From: Takakia lepidozioides
Lineage: Eukaryota > Plantae > Bryophyta
Direction: 5' to 3'
Assembly (NCBI GenBank): GCA_030704615.1
Contig: CM060732.1
Coordinates: 43,524,001 to 43,588,000, forward strand
DNA length: 64,000 bases
The notes beneath the pieces are model-generated. The model searched no databases. It saw nothing but the letters and a program-made list of their open reading frames with translations, and had not been told where the DNA came from. Position 1 is the stretch's first letter. Every line of letters starts with the position of its first letter. Positions 54,371-64,000 of this stretch are shown here, piece after piece. The position numbers were made by a program, and so were the translations under genes.

Positions 54371-55207
54371 TACTACAACAGATCGCGGTATTTATGACTA
54401 TATATATGACTATTCTGTAGTCATAAACGGTACATATGACTTCTATAACTGTAAGTCGTGCAAACCAAGTGAATACAATGAGTACAGGATGGTACTGTCT
54501 GGATGACTACAGTCAGATAAACCAAGTGATAGCTCTCACTGCAGTCATATATACCATACTGCAGTCGCCGCTGCCGCGCCACGTGGCGAGGCGCAATTGA
54601 TTATAAAAATTTTAAAAAAAATTTAAAAATTTAAAAAAAATGTCAGACGCTGCATCGTATCGCGTTGTGCCACGTGGTATAATGCATTTTATAATTTTAA
54701 AAAAAAACCACATGGCAGCCCATCTAAGGTGTCACGTGCTATCCCTAGCTCGCCTACTAACCCTAGGGCCATCTTATCTACTTGATTGTACTTAGAGGAG
54801 TTTGAACCTCCAACCTCTTTACTATAAAAATTATAGTTCACTACCTGCTAACCAATACACCTATTAGATGTGAACATATGGTGTTTTAATTGTATTATAT
54901 ATACCAAATTACAAAATCCCCAGTAGTCATCATGACTATGTAACCTCATCCATGTACACTGTAGTCATGGAAATGACTATCAGTGGTGAGCTAAATCTGG
55001 TCAATTACCATTGACCAGCCTTCCGCCCATTCCAGAGCGATGTAGTCATACAGACGACTACTTAGTTAGTCGTTTATATGACTATAGTCGTATGAACGAC
55101 TGCGCAAGATCAATTTCATATAAAAACATGGTGCAGTCATGGTCAAAGTCAAGAAAACCATGACTACTACGGTTTGGCAGTCATAATTACCGTGATCTGT
55201 TGTAGTG
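54371..55207. mobile_element. Non-autonomous CACTA element
   Basis: Left tactacaacagatcgcggtatttatgact, right agtcataattaccgtgatctgttgtagtg (~29-bp TIR, CACTA end on the right); 3-bp TSD aaa; subterminal atgactac/gtagtcat repeats. Confidence 0.88.
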
Positions 55208-55987
55208 AAAGGGACAACACTCATATGCAAACTTGAATTCAAAGAGCTAGTCCCTCCCCGAGAGTGGGATTAGGGAGGCTAATCACAGGCACATGCATCA
55301 GACTCGTTACTGGGGCCGGCATACCGCTCATAATAGCCCAAACATCCGAACCAGACCCGTCTACCCCCTGAACATGAACAGGATGGGAGGGCAGACCGTT
55401 TAATTCTCGAGCCAGCGTAGGCTCGGTTCGTCTAGCCACCAAGGCTTCATCATTCCGATCATAAACAGAAAGACCCTCGAGGTTGGCTATCCCAGAACCC
55501 TCATCTATCAATGCAATACCAGTTGGGGACTCTACAGCTGCTCCCATCGTCCCAGCATTCAAAAAATTCATCATCACTCACCATGAAATTACCTGCCTGC
55601 AGGTTGTCCGATCCCTCATTCATTTCTACTACACTTTCGACCAGCGGCTCTCCTGAACTATTCGTGGACCTCTGTCTTCCAGATCTCAACCAAGTAGTTC
55701 TAGAATCACCTAGCATGCAAGAAACGAAGTTAGATTGGAAGCATAACCTTTAAACAACACGGATATGAAGAGTGGGCCGAGCACTTGGCAAGCTGTCCTC
55801 TGGAACCCAAGTGGAACAATATACCACCCTTAGCACCTTGTGTGGCTGCAATTCGTAGACTCCCAACGCCAGCCACTCCCAACCGTCAGCTTCCTTAAGC
55901 CAAAAACCAACGCGGGTTGTGTCACCCTCTCTCCATGTGCGCGAACGCACAGCCGATTTTGAATATTCACTCAATCTCTCAAACGCA

Positions 55988-56320
55988 CACTACTACGTTT
56001 GGGGTGGGTTAGCGATGCCCCAGCGATCTCCAACCGTCGCGATTAGCGACGGAAATACTTTACGAGGCCTGGAGCGCGCTGGGGGCAGTTTGCGACGTCG
56101 GGAAGTCGCAGAGACGTCGCTCCCGGAACGTCGCTAAATAGCGTCGTCGGGGAATCGCAAACCCCCAGGGACGCCCCGGCCGCGGCGCCGGCGCGACTTG
56201 CGAAGTCCGGGCAAAAAAAAAAAAAAAAAAAAAAAAAAACGTTTTTTTCTGTGACGTTTTTTCTGCGACGTCGCATTAGGGACGTCCGGGGGTCGTAAAT
56301 GCGACCCCCAGACGTCACAC
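55988..56320. mobile_element. GC-rich CACTA-like left end, related to the 48.3-48.8 kb element
   Basis: Starts cactactacg; tagcgac/gtcgc repeats; shared gggaatcgcaa; A27-CG-T7 tract. Confidence 0.55.
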
Positions 56321-56329
56321 AATAGGAGG

Positions 56330-56617
56330 GTACATTTGAATTTAAATTTTAAATTTCAGAAACTAGTTGACCATTGACTCCAGTTTTGTCCAATGGCAGT
56401 TCATGCATTGTTCTACATATATTAGGCCGGTTTTTTTTTGTACATATCCGGATACAGTCCGGTTATTAATCCTTTTTATATCCGGTGGATATGATCCTAT
56501 CCGGATCTTCTCTTTTATGTATCCGCCGGATACAAACAATAGCCGGATATCAAATAACTGCCGGATCCGGATCTGGATACATTTGTATCCGGATAACTCT
56601 ATATCCACCCAACACTG
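56330..56617. mobile_element. hAT-type MITE remnant C (right end)
   Basis: Dense atccggat motifs; ends atccacccaacactg then gtatgtac. Confidence 0.65.
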
Positions 56618-56625
56618 GTATGTAC

Positions 56626-57272
56626 CAGTGTTGTGCGGTTATTTGATATTTTTGATATCAGGCGGTTACGGATGTTTCACTTTAACTTTGTATTCACATC
56701 CTCCGGTTCCGGAGTTTTCGAGCTTTCTCATTTTTGATATCCTGCCGGTTAACAATAAATGTAAAATTTAAGCCTATGAGGTTATGGACAAATGGACTTT
56801 CTCTCTAGATGGCATCCGGCGGTTTAGTATCCGGTTATCAAACAAGTCATGGTTTTTTTTAATGATGTAAAATAAACCAAAAATTAAAATCTAATGTAAA
56901 AATACTAATGAAAAATAATAACAGTTATTTGTATCACAAAGTTTCATTAGGAGCTGAACCATAATCTGACCTAAATTATATCACAGTTGAACATATTTGA
57001 GGTGTTCATCAATGTTATTCAATCCCAATAAGGGGTCCAGCTCATGCCACATCGTTTATGTAACCATATAACCTGTTAGTAACCTCCGGTTAAAGGGCGG
57101 ATATAAAGGTTCATTACCTGCCTCTTGTAGGCCACTAATTCCGGATCAAAACAAATACAAAACAAAAACAAAACCACTGGTTCTCAACCGGATCCGGTTA
57201 TCTGATCTATTCATATCCGGCGATTCCTAACGGAGGCAGGTATTTGGATTTTTGACCTCCGACAAATCCATA

Positions 57273-57337
<65 letters not shown>

Positions 57338-57386
57338 TGGGATCCGCGGGGGGTTTGAGGCAGATTCAAATATCCACGCAACATTG
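56626..57386. mobile_element. hAT-type MITE D with internal (TA)n
   Basis: TIR cagtgttgtgcgg / ccacgcaacattg; TSD gtatgtac at 56618-56625 and 57387-57394; (TA)n at about 57270-57332. Confidence 0.88.
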
Positions 57387-58449
57387 GTATGTACAGCATG
57401 GTGTACTTGTGGCTCTACAGCTCTGTGGATGTGTTGTCTCTCTTGCATGCTTGACATCGTTCCTCTACGGGTAGTTCTGTCTCTGCTTTGCATTGCAGGC
57501 TATTTTCTAAGCTACATACCCCAACTCAAGTAGTGCATGTGAGGAAAGACGAACCTCATCTGGGCACTAAATGCGTCTTCATACCCTCAATGAATCCACA
57601 TAGTGCAAAAGAAAGCCGATATGTCAAAGTCAATATTCTTGGTGGCAGTATTGAGACGGTATGCGGGAATAAGACACTTACCGTCCCTGGACAACGGATT
57701 AGGCGATAATTAATTCAAAATAAAAGTGCCTAACGAATTCTGTGAATTTTTCAGATTTAAGCCTAATTTCAAAAAATATATGGGACCAAATGCCCAAAAA
57801 TTCCACCAACTTGCAAGCCTCTTCTCATGTTGTTTGTAATAAGATCAAAATTTCTTTGAAAAAAATCATACACAAATATATGCGTGCGGAAATAACTTCC
57901 TACAAATCGCAATCTATTTGCGAGAGCTCCATGTAACTTCGAAAGGCCATTGCATGGACTCGACAATGTCATCATACTCATCATCCTCGCTAATCATCAT
58001 AATCTCTCCATCTACTTTGTCCACCACATTGAGATCGGGGATATCCTCATTTTCAATGTATATACTCTTTTTTAGTGGGCCCACCAAAAAATAGCTCGTC
58101 CTTTAAGGGTAAAGGGTAAAACAAGTGGGCCCATCATGGCACACAAGACATATTGCTCTTTTGGTACCTTGGACTTTAACCATTGTAGCCATTTTAAGAA
58201 ATAAAGATACCATTGGAAAGCTCTTGATGAGCCCCATCATTTTGTAGTTGGAACAATTTTCAGTAAAGTTCATCTACCTAGGATAATTTGAGTGTAAAGT
58301 AGAGGATTAAATGGTGTATTGTTGTTCATTCCTCTTTGGGTAAGCTTGCTGGCCTATCATGGCGCACCCCAGCCTGACACGTTCCAAAAATGGGCATACT
58401 TCTTGCACCATGGACTTGCTTTTGAGTGCCACTATAGGGCACATGCGCC

Positions 58450-60327
58450 ATGAACAGTGCTTCTACCCTAGCCCAAGGCAGTAGGGATGAAACCTTATGC
58501 AATAGATAGCCAGGGAGGCGAGACCGGCGTCGGGACGTAGCTGGACACTGCCTCGCATTTGCGTCCAGGGATTCCCTGGTGTCCGGCTACGTCCCGCCGC
58601 TGGTGAAGCCTCCCCGGACGGACATAACCGAGGTTGTTGGATGACAATAATCCTTAAGGATGAAATGTCAGTCATCCAAGTGTTGTAGTAGAGCTGGCGG
58701 TGGTGGGGTATGGCGGATGACAGGCCTGTCCAGGACGAATTAAACGCTGCCACGCAGGCTGTGAAGGCTTTATTTTGTGCTTGAATGAGATTCTCCCGTC
58801 CTCACAAGTGCACGTTAAACTAGGGGTGTAAGAGCTCGGAAGGAGCGGGCTTTACAGCACGAGAAGAGAGATGAACATGTAGAGGATCCCACGTACATCA
58901 TATATGCAAAGCTAACACACACACATCCAAAGCTCACGGAGCACGTCCAGAAACCCGTACACCAGGTTGTACATATGAGAAGAAGGGCCCTGATTCAAGG
59001 TCAGGAACAAGCTTATACCCAAAACCTAGGGTGAGGCAATCCCCCCACGTGGCAGCATGCCACGGCCTAGATTACAAACAGATCTAGCCCGTAGACCAAT
59101 GAAGGGGCCAGATGCAGCCATAAAGCTTTAGGATAACCTCAAACAAGTATAGGTCAGGCTGTATATAACGGTCTCCCGCCGTAAATACTAATGGCATGGG
59201 ATGAACCTGTCAGACAGTAATGAATAGGCTGAAAGTTAGGCCAAGAGAACATGAGCCATCACGTATAGGAAGGCCCCCCCCCCCCCTTAAAAATTCGAGC
59301 TCCGCGAGGTAAAATATAAGGATGTTTCCCCGCCATGAAGTTCCCCAACGTCGCACAGTGAAAAACCTTTCATGGGAAAACCCGGTGGGACAAAACCCAT
59401 GCAAAGGAAAACCTTACGCGTGTGGACAAGTTGGAACTTCATGCTAAGTCTAAAACTAGACAACAAAACAACTATGGAAGAATACTACAATCTGAAAATG
59501 AAGAGATGTCTAAGTCCAAAAGATGTCTCCTATGAAACAAAAGCCTCCATAGCACCTACACCACGAGGAGTGAGCACCACCAAATGCCCCTCAACATTGA
59601 TGCATGTCAAGTCAAAAACCAGCTCCGAATGAATCAAATCTTCAAGTGCCACTGGCTCCTCATGTGCTTTCGTATTGTGTCCCTACGGCAAAATCAAAGC
59701 ACGTCTCCCATGAGGCAACTTGTACAACAAATAAGGACCATCGATCTTTCGCTTAGATTTACATGCATGCTACCCATGCTAAAGACGTAGGCACACAGTC
59801 TGTCCCTCATGGAAGTAATATGAGTACTTAACCCGCTTGTTAAAATTCCTAGCCTGTATTGCTTGAGCAAGAACAATGTTAGCCTTAGCCTCATTAACCG
59901 AGACCATGTGTCTAGCATGCACCCTCTCTACAAAATCAGTCAAGTTTGCAGGCTCAGAAACAGTAGAAATCAGTGGAGTGGGATGCAAAGGAGAGACACA
60001 ATGTCTACCAAAAAGCAACTCAAAAGGAGTTTTCCTCGTGCTAGCATGAACAGCAGTGTGATAAGCAAAGACCAGAGGAGGAATGAAGATGTCCCACTCC
60101 CTTGCAAGCTCGCCATTCTTCTCCAACATTCGACAGAAAGTCTGATTGAAACTCTCCGTCAAACCATTGGTTTGAGGATGGTAGGGGGTTGTAGTCACAT
60201 GCTTGATTCCAAAGTTAAAGCATATGATATTCAAGAGGTCATTGCAAAACTCCCGACCATTATCAGTAAGGACCTCAAGAGGACAACCATGCCTCATCAC
60301 AATCTCCTCAAAAAAGAGTTGTGCTAC
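58450..60327 (-). mobile_element. Second related Ty3/gypsy remnant (integrase C-terminal half plus LTR-like region), truncated at about 60327
   Basis: HGCPLEVLTDNGREF, YHPQTNGLTE, TPFELLFG; collinear similarity to 52100-52830 and shared LTR-like motifs. Confidence 0.8.
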
Positions 60328-60354
60328 CGAGTCAAAATCCGAGGTTTACTATTT

Positions 60355-60401
60355 CATGAGCCCATGAGCCCATGAGCCTATGAGCCTATGAGCTCATGAG
60401 C
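60355..60401. repeat. 8-bp tandem repeat (catgagcc-like) x6
   Basis: catgagcc catgagcc catgagcc tatgagcc tatgagct catgagc. Confidence 0.85.
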
Positions 60402-60842
60402 GGGCATCCGCGGAATTGGAATTTTTGTGCCTTTATTGACGGTGTTATGTCCTCTTACCTCGATAATAGGGTCTGTTTCTCCTGGTCCAGGATGCGGAAT
60501 GAGGTATTTCGGCGCCGTTATTCCATGTCACCACTGTAAAACATTGTGCAGGACAGGAAAGAGACACAAAATTGTAGCCCTCACAAGTCATTGTGCTGAC
60601 AAGGTAATATATTTAGGGTCAGACGACAGTTGAACTTGCAAACCCCATTCAACTCAACATCAAGCCCACATTGACATGACGCTCGAAATAAAAACATAAG
60701 GCAACCACAAGTTTTTATTTTGTACAGCGACTACTCCGAGCTTCCATCATCAGAAATACCACTGCGGCATAAGAAACCTGTGGAACTACCATATCCCGGA
60801 GTCTGTGCCCTCCAATCACCCTCCACAATGATCCTTACCGCG

Positions 60843-61310
60843 CTATGCTGCTGCGTTGACATCCACAACACGCACCACCGAGTCGTCGAACCACAGGTCC
60901 AGAATTAGGAGTGGTGCGGTAGTCGTCCACTGTGCATTGTCGTTTTCTGGATTAAGATGGCGATCATAAAGATACAAGATATCTATAGAGGTCACGTTCG
61001 TGAAAACATGTAGATATTGGAGGCCTCCTATTGGGACCTCCTCCACAGCGTCGTGAAATTCGCAAACATCTAGGACAAACCTGTTCCGATTCTCCCTTAG
61101 TGTCAACAATATATTCCCTGGCCCAGAAGAGTGAGTGAGCAACTCAAGAGCCCTATCCGGGAGCAAATACTGTGGAGGTGCAGTATAGTTATGGTAGTAA
61201 GACCTCCAGAACTCGCCACAGCAACATCTCATGATGAAGAGACGAACACTCCGTCTTCCAGGTCTATCTCGCACAATAAGTATCCACTGTTGTCCACTGG
61301 CAAGCCTCAC
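60843..61310 (-). CDS. Orphan ORF, probable transposon cargo, function unknown
   Basis: 155-codon open frame with globular-looking composition, co-oriented with and downstream of the MTase-like gene. The true start is uncertain. Confidence 0.35.
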   Translation of the reverse strand: MRLASGQQWILIVRDRPGRRSVRLFIMRCCCGEFWRSYYHNYTAPPQYLLPDRALELLTHSSGPGNILLTLRENRNRFVLDVCEFHDAVEEVPIGGLQYLHVFTNVTSIDILYLYDRHLNPENDNAQWTTTAPLLILDLWFDDSVVRVVDVNAAA

Positions 61311-61742
61311 CCAATGAGAATCCCACAGAAGTGTTCAGAAACTCGTCACCCAGCGTGTACCTTCACTGAAGTCCAACTCCACCATAATGTCTCCCATCAC
61401 CGGCTCACGCAATCGTGATCCTCGAATCCCGCTTCGTCGAATGCAGAAGGCACTTACACAGGGCGGCATTGAGGAAGTGTGCGCCCACCGGGAATGGAGA
61501 GGGACAAGTAATCACTGTTGTTTTTCAACACGGAGATGCAAACATTGAAAACCCAATGCGGAAAACCTTCTCGGGTGATCTTCTATGGGGCAACGACAAT
61601 ACGTGCCCCTATTGGCCAGCAACAGCTACCCACACAGGCGATCGAAAATGACTGGGGCTAGAAGGGCTTGACAGAGAAGGTGCCACGACATTACGGGAAG
61701 AAATTGTGCTAAAACCACCGCCGTCTTAAAACCACCGACCTT

Positions 61743-61990
61743 GGTATTTCGGCGCCGAAATTCCCAAGAGCAGTGGGCTAAAGTGGTGTTTTGAAGACAT
61801 CCACCGGGGTATTTCGGCGCCGAAATACCCAAGTGGAATGTGCTGAAGTGCCTTGTGCTGAAGGCTTCCATCGTGATATTTTGGTGCAGTAATTCCTTCG
61901 TGGAATTTTATAAGGCCCATATTATGAAGGCGCACACTGGGCTATTTCGGCGCCGAAATTCCCAATATGAATGTTAGAAACGGCAGGGTT
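61743..61990. repeat. ~66-bp tandem array with palindromic core gggtatttcggcgccgaaataccc
   Basis: Cores at 61743, 61808, 61875 (decayed) and 61941; outlying copies at about 60503 and 63478. Confidence 0.85.
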
Positions 61991-62195
61991 TTCATGGCTT
62001 CAAGTTCGCGGTTCGCTGGTGTGCATAAATTACTTGTAGGGTTCTTTACTTAAGTTTGCGTCTCTTCTGCTTTTATTATTACATTGTGGTTGGCGGAAGA
62101 AATGTAGGGAATCGGACACAATGATTTTTGAAATCGTCAATATTTTCATTAAGTGTTTCAAAACTGTACAACAAAAGGATCCAAATGAGACTTTG

Positions 62196-64000
62196 CTATG
62201 GTGAGGATCCGCGATCACTGTCCGATGCATCCCCGGCCTCATGCAAGGATGGCTGCCTTCCACCTGCCTCCGAACCTGCACTGCCGCTACCGCTGTTACT
62301 CTGAGAAGCCCTCCCCTCAAAAATACCATCCTTACCAGCTGGAATTGTCCACCTGGGTGCGGAACTGTCCTCATCATCCCCCTCGCTCTCGGACGCGGAT
62401 TCTATGACGAACTTGCCTACTCTGCCTTTCACAATTCCATGTTTGGCCTCACGCCTCATTATAAGTCTTTGCTCATTCCCGAATATCAATTGCTCAAACC
62501 GAGTAGGCCTATCCTCCCTCCTGATGGCTTCTCTGGCAGCCGTGTCTGCATAGGCTGGTAGAAAAAAGGGCTTCTGGGGACTCGCGAGAAACGATTTTCT
62601 GGCAAAGAATGGCCGATGCGATTCTGTCTCATCCTCTGCAACAGGGTCCAATTCGGGCAAGTCTCCCAGCATTTCCTCGTCCGACGACTCTGCAAGGCTG
62701 AGTGTACGCACAAACACAGAATAAAGCACATTAGAGCATTCAAACAGGGAATCATCGGCAGGTTGCATGGTCCCTACAACCGAAACCAATACACTTACTA
62801 TGGTGCAACTCACTCGAAGACAGGCATTGGAGGAAGCGGCTTCGGACGCCCTTGCATCGTACAAATTTCCTGGACTTCCTCCTCTTCCTCTTCCTCGTCC
62901 CCTTCCACGTCCTCTTCTGCGTTTTTGGGATCCTCAGTCGGAGGCAGACGCTGTAGGCCCGCCAAATTGAAATCGTACAAGGCCGTATCCCCCTCAAATG
63001 AGAACACAAATCGGTTGGACATCCTTCCAGCCCACATACAGGCACCTGCGAATTCATAAAACACAACCACAGCCAAAGTCAAGAATGACTCGCTTTCTCG
63101 CGCAAGCAAACATACACAATCGGAAACGGTGTCAATTTCTGTGCCGCAATCACTTAACGCTCTAACTTGTATTTGCAATGACGTCGAGGACCCTGCCTTC
63201 AACATCCGTACACGTTTCCATGAGCGTCTGGATGAATGCAGGACTCCTGGTCCTGCCATACCTCCAAGGCTTGCCCGACAAATCACAAAGCATGTCCTTC
63301 TCTCCCACATGGTTGAATAGGACGTTATACTCCAGTGGATCAACTGTGGAATCAACAAGTCTGTGTGCTTGACGTAATTTGAATTTCGAATGTTCCTTCA
63401 CGAAGCAGAATGCCTGAAAGATAAGAGTCTGCAAAGAAGGAAATGAAAACGTGAGAGGTGGCCTACACGTACATGGACAATTTCGGCGCTAAAATTGGCA
63501 GAGCAGAGGAGAACCGCAACATACCTTCTGACCATCGTTGAGAAAACCCTGCGTGTTGATGCAAGTCCAGATCTTTTTCAGGATGGGTGCTGCACTTCTC
63601 CCCGTTCATACTTTAATATCATTCTCAATGACTTCTCCATCGGCTGCTAGCACAACAACACAGCCGTCGTCGTCCAACATGTTGGCTGCGAACCCGAATG
63701 TGTGGCTCCAGTATCTTTCGTCGTACATGTTCCACCAGGGTAGTGAGCCCAGCCCCAGTATCTCTTGCCCATCCGGGATAACCACAAGGATCATGTCGAT
63801 GGAGGCTTTCACCGCCCTGCCCCAGACTGTGCTCTTTTTGCCGTGGCTCATCGCCACAAAATACTCCATCATCTTTGTGTAGCCAGGAGTGTCCTCCATA
63901 TCATTGCCAGTGGCCTTCCTCTTCCCCTTCCCCTGGTGGGCCTCGATCGCCTTCCTCAATCTCGTTTTCTCCAGCCTTCTGGTCAGAGCAGTTAGGAAAT
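62196..64000 (-). CDS. Spliced N4C/N6A (beta-class) DNA methyltransferase-like gene with degenerate motifs; 5' end lies outside the window; possible premature stop
   Basis: Exons >64000-63525, 63428-63167, 63045-62814, 62697-62196 join in frame at GT-AG sites. SIDMILVVIPDG ~ motif IV; ANMLDDDGCVVV ~ RVLKPGG; RSPAFIQTLMETCT ~ motif X; GRVLDVIANTSAC ~ motif I; NRFVFSFEGD ~ motif II. In-frame TGA at 63606-63608. Confidence 0.65.

Noticed and set aside
57211-57533. ORFs with IYIYIY runs
   Set aside because: Translation of a (TA)n microsatellite.
61743-61990. CRISPR-like array (palindromic repeats about 66 bp apart)
   Set aside because: Spacers resemble each other (gaatg..tgaag..cca), repeats vary, there are no cas genes and the context is eukaryotic. 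It is a minisatellite.
1-64000. tRNA, rRNA or U12-type introns
   Set aside because: None recognised by eye; tRNAscan-SE/Infernal would be needed to exclude them.

Overview
Eukaryotic, intron-rich plant DNA, most consistent with a non-seed land plant (bryophyte/lycophyte-like; inference). Three apparently intact spliced host genes: a pectate-lyase-like gene (-, 1632-4346), an SHPRH-type SNF2/PHD/RING E3 ligase (-, 6119-19222) and a tesmin/TSO1-like CXC gene (+, 40558-46164). The rest is mostly transposon debris: nested hAT MITEs with clean 8-bp TSDs, a CACTA MITE, a degenerate endonuclease-bearing Helitron (Helentron-type), nested LINE 3' ends, two Ty3/gypsy remnants, an amino-acid-transporter pseudogene and a spliced coiled-coil gene. 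The most notable item is at the right edge (62196-64000, -): a spliced gene whose protein follows the motif order of a beta-class N4-cytosine/N6-adenine DNA methyltransferase but with degenerate catalytic motifs. It lies in a probable transposon next to an array of GGCGCC-centred palindromes and an orphan ORF. All coordinates and gene models were read by eye; no searches were run.
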